IMG/VR virus record: IMGVR_UViG_3300022179_000816 | Span: 1 to 41,495 of that record | Source: a virus | Taxonomy: Duplodnaviria; Caudoviricetes | Strand: one strand, 5' to 3' | DNA length: 41,495 nucleotides | In this document: in pieces, positions 18,431-26,923 of the stretch | Numbering within the stretch: position 1 is the stretch's first letter | Layout: every line of letters starts with the position of its first letter | Notes under the pieces: generated by a model | Database searches by the model: none | Seen by the model: the letters and a program-made list of their open reading frames with translations, nothing else | What the model was told of the DNA's origin: nothing | Translations under genes and position numbers: made by a program

Positions 18431-18909
18431 TGTTTGTCGGCAAGCTTCGCCTTGAGGACACGGAGCTAGAGAACGCGGATTACCGTGCGCTCTGGCTCCT
18501 ACTCTCCGTATTCGGGTATGTCACCAAGGCGGGCTTGTCGATCCAGGTCCCTGCGGGGTATATAACGGATTTCGCGTCGATCCCTCGCATGTTCTGGCGA
18601 ATCGAGCCCCCTACGGGCAGAGTTAGACGCGCGGCCGTAATCCATGATTGGCTATACGCCCTGATGCTGGTTTCCAGGGACCAAGCCGACAGGATATTCC
18701 TAGAAGCGATGGAAGTGTGCGGAGTGCCGTACCTTAAGCGCCACGCTATGTACCTAGCTGTCCGGGCCGGAGGCGCTTCCGGCTACGGCCGACCGGAGGA
18801 GCATCAAGCGGCTTTGAAGCTGGTCGGCACCCGCCAGGGCCTGGGTGCCGCTACGGCCCACCTAGCCGTGGCGCAGTGGGCGGGCACCGTGGCCCCTAGG
18901 GCGGCCTAG
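18430..18909 (+). CDS. DUF1353-like protein
   Basis: 'VPAGYITDFASIPR', 'AAVIHDWLY', 'ADRIFLEAM', 'MYLAVR'. Confidence 0.8.
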   Translation: MFVGKLRLEDTELENADYRALWLLLSVFGYVTKAGLSIQVPAGYITDFASIPRMFWRIEPPTGRVRRAAVIHDWLYALMLVSRDQADRIFLEAMEVCGVPYLKRHAMYLAVRAGGASGYGRPEEHQAALKLVGTRQGLGAATAHLAVAQWAGTVAPRAA

Positions 18910-18990
18910 CGCTATATATGTAGCGGGCCGGGGCCGAGGGGCCTCCCGTACCCCTCCCCGTGGCGCGGCGGCCCTAGTGGGGCAGTACCC
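18844..18990. repeat. structured repeat element, copy 1 (at the convergence of the two transcription units)
   Basis: GGGCGGGC.CCGTGGCCCCT..CGCTATATATGTAGCGGGC..GGGGCC.AGGGGCC..CCGTA, similar to 27135-27206. Confidence 0.75.
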
Positions 18991-20719
18991 CTGTTGAGCG
19001 GGCATAGTTGAGAACCACAGAGCTAATATCCTCTTTAAGCCTCAGCGCCTCGATGATATCGTGATCGATGGGAGCACCCTCCATGTCGTAGAGAGTGACT
19101 AGGCCCTCTTGTCCCTTGCCTTGGGGGCGCTCTTCACACTGCGATCGGTCGTTGAGAGAGTAGTTGTTCTCATAAAATATGCCCGTGAGGCAAGGATCGC
19201 CAGGGGCTCCCATGAGGGTGTGTCCGTAACGAATAGCCTGCTCCTGGCCAATAACCACTCGGCACGAGCGGTCCCCGTTAAACTTGCGCTTCTCGGATTG
19301 AACGTCCACACCAAATCGTTTAGCTTGTCCCGCTCCAACGATAAAGGCTGGATTGAACTCCCCAAGAGCTTCGGCGAGCAGTTCGATGGAGTGAGTATAA
19401 TGGGCGAAGATGATGACTTTATCGGAGGCTTGGTCACGGAGGAAACCTTTCACAGCCTGTAGTTTCGGGTTCGAGGACGGCGGCATAATATCATGCGCCT
19501 TGCCTTGTTCGTCGATGATGAACCCCGAGGCGATCTGCTGCAACTTAAGCAGCTTGGTGATGATCTGGTCGGCGGATATCACCAGCGGGTCGAAGCCCTC
19601 GCGCTCCAACTCCGTAATAAAGTCCTTCTCCATTCGATTATAGTGAACCCGCTGTTCGCGGATCATTTCGAACTTAAGCTTAGCGTACTCGGAGCCGGGG
19701 GTGGTGAGCCAGTTCGTGCGCCGGGCCAGGAAGCCCCAGGCCACTAGTAGTTCGTTAAGTTCTTCGACCCGTTCGTCTCTGACGCCCAGGACCTTTTTCC
19801 CCTGGAACCCGCCCATCTTACAGAACCGGTTACGGAAGGCATAAGGGTTGACGCCGTCCAACGCTCCCAGCATCTTTAGCTGCATATATAGGTCCTGAGG
19901 ACCCTGGACCACAGGCTTTCCGGTAAGGTCGCGTCGCCAGCCGAATAGACGGGCCGTCTGTAAGCAGTTTTTGGCCAGGACGCCGCTGTCGTTCTTGACG
20001 CTTACGCTTTCGTCGAACGCGATAAGTTCTTGAGGCCCGGAAATATTTTCGATAAAAGAGAGCGTTTCTCGGCTGAGAGCGGCTTCGTAATTGATGGCGA
20101 TAAGACCGCCGTGTCGACGATTTCGATCGACCCATCTTTGCGCAAGATGGCGTTCATTACTGTTAAAAACGTAGGCGGGACAGTCAAGTCCAAAGCGATC
20201 AGCTTCATCAGCCCATTCCGGCTTGAATTGGTTCGGAGAGAAGATAACGCCGAATTTGCTTCCGTAATCCCGTCTAAGTAGTCCGAACTCATTAAGAAGA
20301 ACCGGTGTCTTCCCGAGTCGCTGCTCCATGAAGTGAGCCCATCCTCTAGCTGGGCCAGTTCTTCCAAGTCCGCCACCATCGACGAGACGATATCCTCTTT
20401 CGTTAACATCATCCTGTCCTTGCTTAAGCCAAAATCCACCCATGCTCCGCCGAAGCGCCTCGCTCTGGACGGCTCGGGGCTCACCCCTCAGCAGCCAGTC
20501 AGGGTCGCGCCCCCTTCCGCCGAGCGGGGCCATCTGGACCTGAGGCATTGGCCGCACTATCTGCGACATTTGCTGATCGACCGGAGCGCGCGTAGCCTTA
20601 GGCTTCTTATTACCCTCAGGGCCATCGCTCTTGTCGAAACCCTTTAGGGGCTGGTCCACGTCGCCAAACGCGCGCAGGTACTCGGGAAGTTCATCACCAG
20701 TGGGCATTCTGTATTCCAT
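18974..20719 (-). CDS. SNF2-like superfamily 2 helicase
   Basis: Motif I MEQRLGKT, motif II FDES, LTGKP, KLQQIASGF, KVIIF, QCEERP. Confidence 0.85.
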   Translation of the reverse strand: MEYRMPTGDELPEYLRAFGDVDQPLKGFDKSDGPEGNKKPKATRAPVDQQMSQIVRPMPQVQMAPLGGRGRDPDWLLRGEPRAVQSEALRRSMGGFWLKQGQDDVNERGYRLVDGGGLGRTGPARGWAHFMEQRLGKTPVLLNEFGLLRRDYGSKFGVIFSPNQFKPEWADEADRFGLDCPAYVFNSNERHLAQRWVDRNRRHGGLIAINYEAALSRETLSFIENISGPQELIAFDESVSVKNDSGVLAKNCLQTARLFGWRRDLTGKPVVQGPQDLYMQLKMLGALDGVNPYAFRNRFCKMGGFQGKKVLGVRDERVEELNELLVAWGFLARRTNWLTTPGSEYAKLKFEMIREQRVHYNRMEKDFITELEREGFDPLVISADQIITKLLKLQQIASGFIIDEQGKAHDIMPPSSNPKLQAVKGFLRDQASDKVIIFAHYTHSIELLAEALGEFNPAFIVGAGQAKRFGVDVQSEKRKFNGDRSCRVVIGQEQAIRYGHTLMGAPGDPCLTGIFYENNYSLNDRSQCEERPQGKGQEGLVTLYDMEGAPIDHDIIEALRLKEDISSVVLNYARSTGVLPH

Positions 20720-20903
20720 TTAACTTTTTACGGCGAAACTCCCGACGCGGCTCGCTTTGTAGGAGCCGCAGGTATCGCTTTTGGCCACGCCGCCAAATCT
20801 CTGACACTTTGGACGTGCTGATATTATACCGTTCCGCTAAAACGGCTGAACGTTCGCCAGAGCGATAGATCGCCAGAATGTCTTCGTCCGTCAAGGACAT
20901 CAA
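20694..20903 (-). CDS. small HTH protein
   Basis: 'LTDEDILAIYRS..SAVLAERYNISTSKVSEI' resembles HTH domains appended to HNH endonucleases. Confidence 0.65.
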   Translation of the reverse strand: MMSLTDEDILAIYRSGERSAVLAERYNISTSKVSEIWRRGQKRYLRLLQSEPRREFRRKKLNGIQNAHW

Positions 20904-21103
20904 AACTTTCTCAGTAGGCTGTCAGGGTCGACCCTCTCGGGCTGAACGAGGGGGCCGGTGCGTCCCTTGCCAACGTAGACGCCCTGGGACCTTAACACGG
21001 CCCGCGCGTTGCGGCAAGTCTTGCATCCCATTCGGCCCTTCCCCACAGAAACTTGATTAGCGGGGGCGAATGAGTGGCCACACTTAAAATGGGATTTCTT
21101 CAT
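20900..21103 (-). CDS. small zinc-finger protein
   Basis: 'KSHFKCGH...N.....GRMGCKTCR' pattern; overlaps both neighbours. Confidence 0.55.
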   Translation of the reverse strand: MKKSHFKCGHSFAPANQVSVGKGRMGCKTCRNARAVLRSQGVYVGKGRTGPLVQPERVDPDSLLRKF

Positions 21104-21701
21104 CGGGCATCATTGCATATGCTTCAAGGTCGGTGTCGAGACGCGGGGCGAGTTCGATGGAACCGGACAGCCTAGTCACTTCCTCGTCGGCGGAGTTGAA
21201 CATGTCCAGGGCCACGGACGGCATAAAAAACACCCCTCCTAGGATGCGGAATGCTTTGTAGCACCTATCTCTGGCGATGTGCATTTCGTTGCGCATCAGG
21301 ACATTGCCTCGAGCCACCTCTAACGAAACCCAGAACCACGCCTCGAGCGTGTCGGCGGCCTTGATGACGGACTTGACGCGCGAACTTACGTTCCTGGCGG
21401 CCTCGGCCTCCCCGATGGTCTCAAGGAAGGAATTCTCAAACTCCGCCAGCTTCATAGGGTCTGTCGTGGCCCGTTTCGCAGGGCCTGGGCTATCGCCGGT
21501 CACGATCTCCGCTAGGTCGTGGCGCAGGGCGTATTCGAGAACGGACAGGGCCTCCCATTCGACTAAGTCCAGCTTGTCGCAGATAGTGGAAGCGTACAGC
21601 GTTACGAAGTACGAATGCTCGGCCACCGACTGCCGATGGAGACGCGGGGCGACGTTCCAGCGCTCCACGAACGCTAGCATCCTGATCCGTGCGTTAAACA
21701 T
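21084..21701 (-). CDS. datZ: HD-domain dATP triphosphohydrolase (DatZ, YfbR-like)
   Basis: 'VERW', 'QSVAEHS', 'HDLAEIVTGD', 'IKAADTLEA'; in the purZ cluster. Confidence 0.85.
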   Translation of the reverse strand: MFNARIRMLAFVERWNVAPRLHRQSVAEHSYFVTLYASTICDKLDLVEWEALSVLEYALRHDLAEIVTGDSPGPAKRATTDPMKLAEFENSFLETIGEAEAARNVSSRVKSVIKAADTLEAWFWVSLEVARGNVLMRNEMHIARDRCYKAFRILGGVFFMPSVALDMFNSADEEVTRLSGSIELAPRLDTDLEAYAMMPDEEIPF

Positions 21702-21996
21702 AGTAGCCCTCTTTCTTGGCCCAATTCCGGAGGATCGCCGCTAGGTCCTCCCTGTGATACTGACTTTTGTTAATGGTGAGCGCATTGCGGATCAAAGCGC
21801 CTTCGAATGGCTCGATCTCTAGCGAAAGAGCTTTTTGCGCCCCCGAGTCCATTTCTTGTTCGTGCCATATCACGAACTTAGGCGTCTTCAATGTCGGTGG
21901 CGTAACCCGCTTTTCGAGCTTTTTGATAGCTCTCTTCGATCTGGAAATCCTGGCGCTCTTTCGCAGTTTTTCGTAGATTGTCCGGAAGCGCATCAT
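21694..21996 (-). CDS. hypothetical basic protein within the Z cluster
   Basis: 100 aa; start and stop overlap the MazZ-like and datZ genes. Confidence 0.6.
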   Translation of the reverse strand: MMRFRTIYEKLRKSARISRSKRAIKKLEKRVTPPTLKTPKFVIWHEQEMDSGAQKALSLEIEPFEGALIRNALTINKSQYHREDLAAILRNWAKKEGYYV

Positions 21997-22388
21997 GGAG
22001 CCTCATTGCTTTCCTGCTGTTGTAGGCCAGTATCGTCGGGTCGACCGACGGGCGAAGGTCGGGTGGTGGCGGCGGCATTCTTCGCTTCAAGCGCGACAGC
22101 CGCGACGATAAGTGCCTGATTGGCGGCATCAGCAGCCTCCATCAATATCTCCATAGTGGAGCCGTTCGGGATCGCCCCCTCCAGTTCTAGGCTCTCGCGA
22201 CGCAGGCCCTCCATGGCTTTCGCTAAGTCCATTTCTTCCCAGCGACCCTTATGGGCGTTCCTGCGCAGCTTATAGATCATAGCGTCGAAGAACCGCTGCA
22301 GGTCCGGGGCCACACCTATCGCCACCAATTCGGGAGGAACCGGGACTTCTAGGGTGACCCATCCAGCGTCGCTAAGATTCTCGGGCAT
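21993..22388 (-). CDS. MazG-like all-alpha (d)NTP pyrophosphohydrolase (MazZ candidate)
   Basis: ExxE...ExxD metal motif 'RRESLELE...MEAADAAN'; immediately downstream of purZ. Confidence 0.65.
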   Translation of the reverse strand: MPENLSDAGWVTLEVPVPPELVAIGVAPDLQRFFDAMIYKLRRNAHKGRWEEMDLAKAMEGLRRESLELEGAIPNGSTMEILMEAADAANQALIVAAVALEAKNAAATTRPSPVGRPDDTGLQQQESNEAP

Positions 22389-23477
22389 TTAGTTTGCCTT
22401 TCGAATATCCTCGGAACGAGGGCCAGTGCCGAGCAGAATATCGGGCACCTTCCCCATCACCAGGATGCAGTCTTCGATGATGTTTTCGACCAGAGCGCTG
22501 AGCATGTTGGCCTGCAGGTAGTTGCAGAAGTTCAAGAACACTAGGTCGGGCATATTAGCCGCGATGCTCTCTCGAAATTGGACCCGGCTCCAAGTGAAGA
22601 CCCTACGCCGCCGCTTAGTGACCGTGGTCAGTTCGGGCTCCAGGCCGAGTTCTTCCCAGGATGTCTCGACCTGATCCTCATAGCAGCCGCCGCTGGAATT
22701 CTCGGTATCCCCGACCCGGATCGGGAAAGTCCGGTAGCAGGCCACCACCTTCTTAAGTTTTTGCGCCGGGATGCGCGCATCGGCCAGGGCCTGCATCACG
22801 GTGCATTCGCGGCTTGTGACGTTTGGGTAGAAACGGTGGGAGTTGACCCCAAGAGAGTACCCCTGGGCGGTTTCCACGAATACAACGTCTTCAGACCAAT
22901 CCCAATATCGGTCCCACGTAAGATCAGGTCGACGCCTTGCAGGGAACATAGGCTGATAAAAGCTGGACGCAATGGCGTTAAGTCCATGCTGCCTCATGAT
23001 CTTTGCGGCTTGGGCCGGTCCGACGCCCTTCCCGGTGCCCGCGATAAGGTGCACTGTCCCGCGATCATCGGACTTGTCTTTCTCTCCGATCAGCGCTGCA
23101 TTCGGGTGGATCGATAAGACCCTCTCGGACGTGAAGCCATAGGTGAGGCATTCGGCTGCTAAGATCGCAGGGTCGATCACCGCGCCCGCATTCAACAGTG
23201 TGTCGACGTCATATCCCATCTTACGAAGGAAAACGCTGGCGACAGGAATCTGCTGGGTCATGACCTTAAGGTCTTCGCGATTCTTCTGCCACATATACGC
23301 TGTGTGTCCGCTGTTCGGCCCGGCATTGGTGGTAACGTGGGTGATCTTACCCGCTCCGTATTCTGCCAGGAAGCCCGCGAGCAGCCCCTTGCCAGTGGAC
23401 CCGAACTGGCCGTCGACGAGAACATAGGCCCCCGGTTCGTCAAACCAGCCGCGAAGGTAGATGCTGCGGTCGATCAT
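22389..23477 (-). CDS. purZ: N6-succino-2-amino-dAMP synthetase PurZ (PurA paralog)
   Basis: DGQFGSTGKG (Ser where PurA has catalytic Asp), GPNSGHT, ETAQG, YPNVTSR, RTFPIRV, TTVTK, LNFCNY (ATP-type motif). Confidence 0.93.
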   Translation of the reverse strand: MIDRSIYLRGWFDEPGAYVLVDGQFGSTGKGLLAGFLAEYGAGKITHVTTNAGPNSGHTAYMWQKNREDLKVMTQQIPVASVFLRKMGYDVDTLLNAGAVIDPAILAAECLTYGFTSERVLSIHPNAALIGEKDKSDDRGTVHLIAGTGKGVGPAQAAKIMRQHGLNAIASSFYQPMFPARRRPDLTWDRYWDWSEDVVFVETAQGYSLGVNSHRFYPNVTSRECTVMQALADARIPAQKLKKVVACYRTFPIRVGDTENSSGGCYEDQVETSWEELGLEPELTTVTKRRRRVFTWSRVQFRESIAANMPDLVFLNFCNYLQANMLSALVENIIEDCILVMGKVPDILLGTGPRSEDIRKAN

Positions 23478-23848
23478 AGGTGTGTTCCTTTAGTCAGGAG
23501 GTTGGAGATCAGTGTAGCATACCCGGCTATGTCCGTCCAGCTATCTACGGTGTTCGGGTTTCCGACCATGATCCGGCTGATCTTCACGCAGATCATGTCG
23601 AGGCTCTCGCGCTGCTCGGGCACTAGGCGCTTCCACCTCTCGCCCTGATCGCGGAGCATCTTTTTCAGGGCCTGGGCGAACGCGGCCTGCTGCACATAGT
23701 TACCGTGCGTATGTTCCCGTTCTTCGATGACAACCTGGGCGCTCTGAGGCTGCCATTGCCTCCCCACCGGATACCGCAGGCATCCGCGCCCCTGAGAACT
23801 CTCACAGCCAGGGAGACAGTCTACTCCGTCAAAAGAGCAATGGGTCAT
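23474..23848 (-). CDS. DUF6378-like protein with Cys-rich N-terminus
   Basis: 'EER..THGNY', 'LDMICVKISRI..GNP...DSWTDIAGYATL'; ATGA overlap with purZ. Confidence 0.7.
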   Translation of the reverse strand: MTHCSFDGVDCLPGCESSQGRGCLRYPVGRQWQPQSAQVVIEEREHTHGNYVQQAAFAQALKKMLRDQGERWKRLVPEQRESLDMICVKISRIMVGNPNTVDSWTDIAGYATLISNLLTKGTHL

Positions 23849-24276
23849 AACTTCGGTACTCCGTGTGCTTCGAAGAGGCTAGCGATGTCGTAATATCCTC
23901 CGGTTTGTCGCTTCACGTAGATGTCGGAAGGATACATATAATTGAGCCGCTGAGCGGCCCTAGGCACGATCACCAGTCGATGTTCACCATGGTGGATCAG
24001 ATGCACTAGAATTCCGGTTACCGGCTTGCTGTAGGTACTCTGCATTCGCCTCAGCGTATCGGATTGCTTGTCCGTAACGTCCAGTTGGATATTAAACTTT
24101 TCCGTCACGGGACCTAGGTCCTTGACTTCCATGATCGAGGGAGCGAATGGGGGGAGCCACAGGCCAAGATCGGGGATGCCGATGGCGAATTTGTTGGACA
24201 GTTTCAGGCCGTAGCCCCCATCCTTGATCACCGAATCCTTGATCTGCTTCTGGACCTTAAGTTCTTCCTTAGCCAC
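23845..24276 (-). CDS. VRR-NUC / Holliday junction resolvase-like PD-(D/E)xK nuclease
   Basis: E near the N-terminus, 'GIPDL', 'MEVK', downstream Q. Confidence 0.75.
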   Translation of the reverse strand: MAKEELKVQKQIKDSVIKDGGYGLKLSNKFAIGIPDLGLWLPPFAPSIMEVKDLGPVTEKFNIQLDVTDKQSDTLRRMQSTYSKPVTGILVHLIHHGEHRLVIVPRAAQRLNYMYPSDIYVKRQTGGYYDIASLFEAHGVPKL

Positions 24277-24526
24277 GCGACTTCCTCACTTTAATCCGCA
24301 ACCCGTGGTACTTGAAGTCCACGGGATTGAACTCAGGGTCGTTGGGGCCACGGAACCGGATCAGGTCCATGATGTCGAGATCGCTCTTGATCGCCCCGAT
24401 GACCTTATAATAAGACATTTCGTCGTGGACCTGGATCACGATCTCGACATCTTTGTCCAGGTCGAGACGCCCATCGTGATGAAGCCATGGCCCCAGCCAG
24501 CGAAGTCCATTAAGAAGGTGGCTCAT
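24269..24526 (-). CDS. hypothetical protein
   Basis: Start reassigned to ATG 24526 (ATGA overlap with the upstream gene). Confidence 0.5.
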   Translation of the reverse strand: MSHLLNGLRWLGPWLHHDGRLDLDKDVEIVIQVHDEMSYYKVIGAIKSDLDIMDLIRFRGPNDPEFNPVDFKYHGLRIKVRKSRG

Positions 24527-24750
24527 GCCTTGTCCCAGCCCTCCTTCTTCGCGATCCAGGCGCGGATCATCAGCGTCCCGCCCTTTTCCTCGCTGCGATC
24601 GGGGTCCGGTATCCAATCGGCCTGGGATCGCGGGACCCAGATCGGTTCGTCCTGGCCGAAATCTGGCTGAAAGTGGTAAGCCTTAGCCGAGCCGTTGTCG
24701 ACCAAGCAGCCCACCAATTCGATGTCGGGATCGTCGTTGAACCTAGCCAT
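24523..24750 (-). CDS. small beta-barrel hypothetical protein
   Basis: 'SAKAY....IWVPRSQ....WIAKKEG' pattern common in phage replication regions; coupled overlaps. Confidence 0.65.
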   Translation of the reverse strand: MARFNDDPDIELVGCLVDNGSAKAYHFQPDFGQDEPIWVPRSQADWIPDPDRSEEKGGTLMIRAWIAKKEGWDKA

Positions 24751-24988
24751 TGTTCCGCAGCGCCCTTGCGATATTAGCCCCGATGGCTTTGACCGGACCT
24801 TCGCCGTACTCGTTCAGTTCGGACATAGCCTCGGCGATCCGGTCTAAGGAGACCGCGATGCTGTGGACATCGAACAGGAAGGTAATTCCCATCTTCACCA
24901 GCAGTGCCTTCTCTTCGTCGCTTGGCTCTCGGTTTTCCTTTACCAGACGTTCCAACACTTCGGTAGCCAACACAAAAACGTTATCCAT
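24743..24988 (-). CDS. hypothetical protein
   Basis: GGAGG RBS before ATG 24988; helical 81 aa. Confidence 0.6.
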   Translation of the reverse strand: MDNVFVLATEVLERLVKENREPSDEEKALLVKMGITFLFDVHSIAVSLDRIAEAMSELNEYGEGPVKAIGANIARALRNNG

Positions 24989-25072
24989 CTTAGCCTCCAC
25001 ATGCCAGCCTGATCGGCTCGGCGCTGAACAGTACGAAAAAGAGAGCCACACAGAGTAGCACCTCCCATAGCT

Positions 25073-26923
25073 CTACGCGGCCTCCCTGCCATACGTCGCT
25101 TCCGCCCAGTTGTCGCCGTGGTCGACGTCCATCCCGAGCGGGCACCTGAGATTGTACGGTTCGACCTGGAGGTTGGTGCAGATGCGGACCAGTTCGGCGG
25201 AGATTTCCTCCCCCTTCGCCCCTTTCGGCGCTTGCCACTCCAAGCTGTCGTAGATGCTCAGCAACAAGTGCGCTTGATCTTCCATGCTTTCCAGATACTC
25301 GTCGCATTCTAGCATCTTTGCTTTCATAATATCGGCGTTGCCGCCCTGGATGATGCGGCTCGTGCCCCGATATGCGAAACGCGGATGATCGAGGTGACAT
25401 CGTCTGCCTAGCAGGGTTTTAACATACCCCCGCTGCTGGAACGCTTTCTTGGCCCGGTTCTGGAAGTCTCGCACGCCTGGGAAGATGTCGAACCACTCGT
25501 TCCAGGCGTTGGTGGCTCTCTCCAAGTCCCAGCCCATGTGCCCTGCGAACGCGGCGGGCTGCATTCCGGTGAAGATGCCCATGTTCATCCGCTTAGCGGT
25601 AGGGTCTCGCTCCACCTCCATCCGGACGGCCAGGGAAGTATGGCAGTCTATAGGGGGGACGGCGTTGTATCCAGCTAAGAGCGTTGGGTCCTGGCTATAG
25701 TGGGCGAACAAGACGGGCTCGGCTTGCTTGTAGTCGGCCTCCCAGAACTCCATGCCCTCGTCCGCGATAAATAGCTTACGAAACCGCTTACCGATTTTCT
25801 TATTACGTTTCGGTACGGCGAGGAGGTTCGGGTGGTCGCACGATATCCGCCCGCCAACTGTACCATATTCGTCCCCCTTCAACTGGTTGATGTTCGTGTG
25901 GACCCGGCCATTCCAGATATGCTCGGACACCAATGGGGTGACGAACGTAGACATCAGGGTTCGAAGCTGTCGGACATCCACTATGTCCTGTCCGGGCTTG
26001 TTGGTCTTCAGCCACTTTTCTGCAAACGAGGGGTTACCGATAGGGGTGGTGGGCCAGTTCGTGATCCCGTGGGCCTCCATCAGCTTTCTGACGTCGATGG
26101 CCGACTTGACGTTGAACCCAGGCGGGAATTTGTTGAGAAGCTCGGCTATCTCGGCCTCTACGGCCTGTGATAACTCCCCGATATACTGGGGATCGGTCTT
26201 GATCCCCCGCCGTTCCATCCGGAACAGGGTCCAGATCAAACGGCTCTCGATCCGGTGGATCAGCCCCATTTCCTGGGCCTCGATCTCCTTCATCTGGGAG
26301 TTCCAGACTTCGAGGGTGGTGGTCCCGTCGCCCATGGCGTATTCCACGGCGAACGGATCGTTACCGGCGAGCCGCCAGTATTCGCTCATAATGGAAGCGG
26401 GCCGCTTGGGGTCGAGTGGGATGCCGAGAACTTGCGACATATGCTCGTAGAGTTCTTTACCCTTCTTGGCCGTGACCCGCTCCATGATGGCGGCGTTTTC
26501 GAGGGAGAATGACCTGCTGTATTCGTCCAGCATCGCCATGTTGATTTGGGTGTCTCCACATTCGCGCCCAAGCATGATCCCCGCATTCGCGGAGAAGTGC
26601 ATGTCGAATTTAAGGTGGTGACCGACCGTCAACAGGCCCTTGCTCGCCCTGATCTTGAACTCCTTGGCGAGTTCGCGCTCCCAGGGATGGATCGTTATCT
26701 TGTCAGTAGGTGAAGTGAGTGGGTGGACCCCAGGCCCTAGGAGGTTTCCGCCTCCACCATGGCGAATGGGGATATAGCAGTTGAAATCGGGGGTGGTGAT
26801 CACATATCCGACGGGGTTGTTGACCTTCCAATCCAGGCCGCTGCCCTCGGTGTCGTACGCTATGATCGGAGCTTCCCGAACGACCCGTAGCGCCTGTTCA
26901 GCTAGGTCACCAAGCGTCTGCAT
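25073..26923 (-). CDS. family A DNA polymerase with 3'-5' exonuclease (DpoZ candidate)
   Basis: ExoI YDTE, ExoII HHLKFD, ExoIII YAMGD; GRISC.HPNL; motif A ADYKQAE; motif B AKRMNMGIFTG; motif C IYDS; linked to purZ. Confidence 0.9.
   Translation of the reverse strand: MQTLGDLAEQALRVVREAPIIAYDTEGSGLDWKVNNPVGYVITTPDFNCYIPIRHGGGGNLLGPGVHPLTSPTDKITIHPWERELAKEFKIRASKGLLTVGHHLKFDMHFSANAGIMLGRECGDTQINMAMLDEYSRSFSLENAAIMERVTAKKGKELYEHMSQVLGIPLDPKRPASIMSEYWRLAGNDPFAVEYAMGDGTTTLEVWNSQMKEIEAQEMGLIHRIESRLIWTLFRMERRGIKTDPQYIGELSQAVEAEIAELLNKFPPGFNVKSAIDVRKLMEAHGITNWPTTPIGNPSFAEKWLKTNKPGQDIVDVRQLRTLMSTFVTPLVSEHIWNGRVHTNINQLKGDEYGTVGGRISCDHPNLLAVPKRNKKIGKRFRKLFIADEGMEFWEADYKQAEPVLFAHYSQDPTLLAGYNAVPPIDCHTSLAVRMEVERDPTAKRMNMGIFTGMQPAAFAGHMGWDLERATNAWNEWFDIFPGVRDFQNRAKKAFQQRGYVKTLLGRRCHLDHPRFAYRGTSRIIQGGNADIMKAKMLECDEYLESMEDQAHLLLSIYDSLEWQAPKGAKGEEISAELVRICTNLQVEPYNLRCPLGMDVDHGDNWAEATYGREAA

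Noticed and set aside
22389-23477. Ordinary adenylosuccinate synthetase (purA) as an auxiliary metabolic gene
   Set aside because: GSTGKG instead of GDEGKG, NFCNY instead of TKLD, and linkage to datZ indicate PurZ
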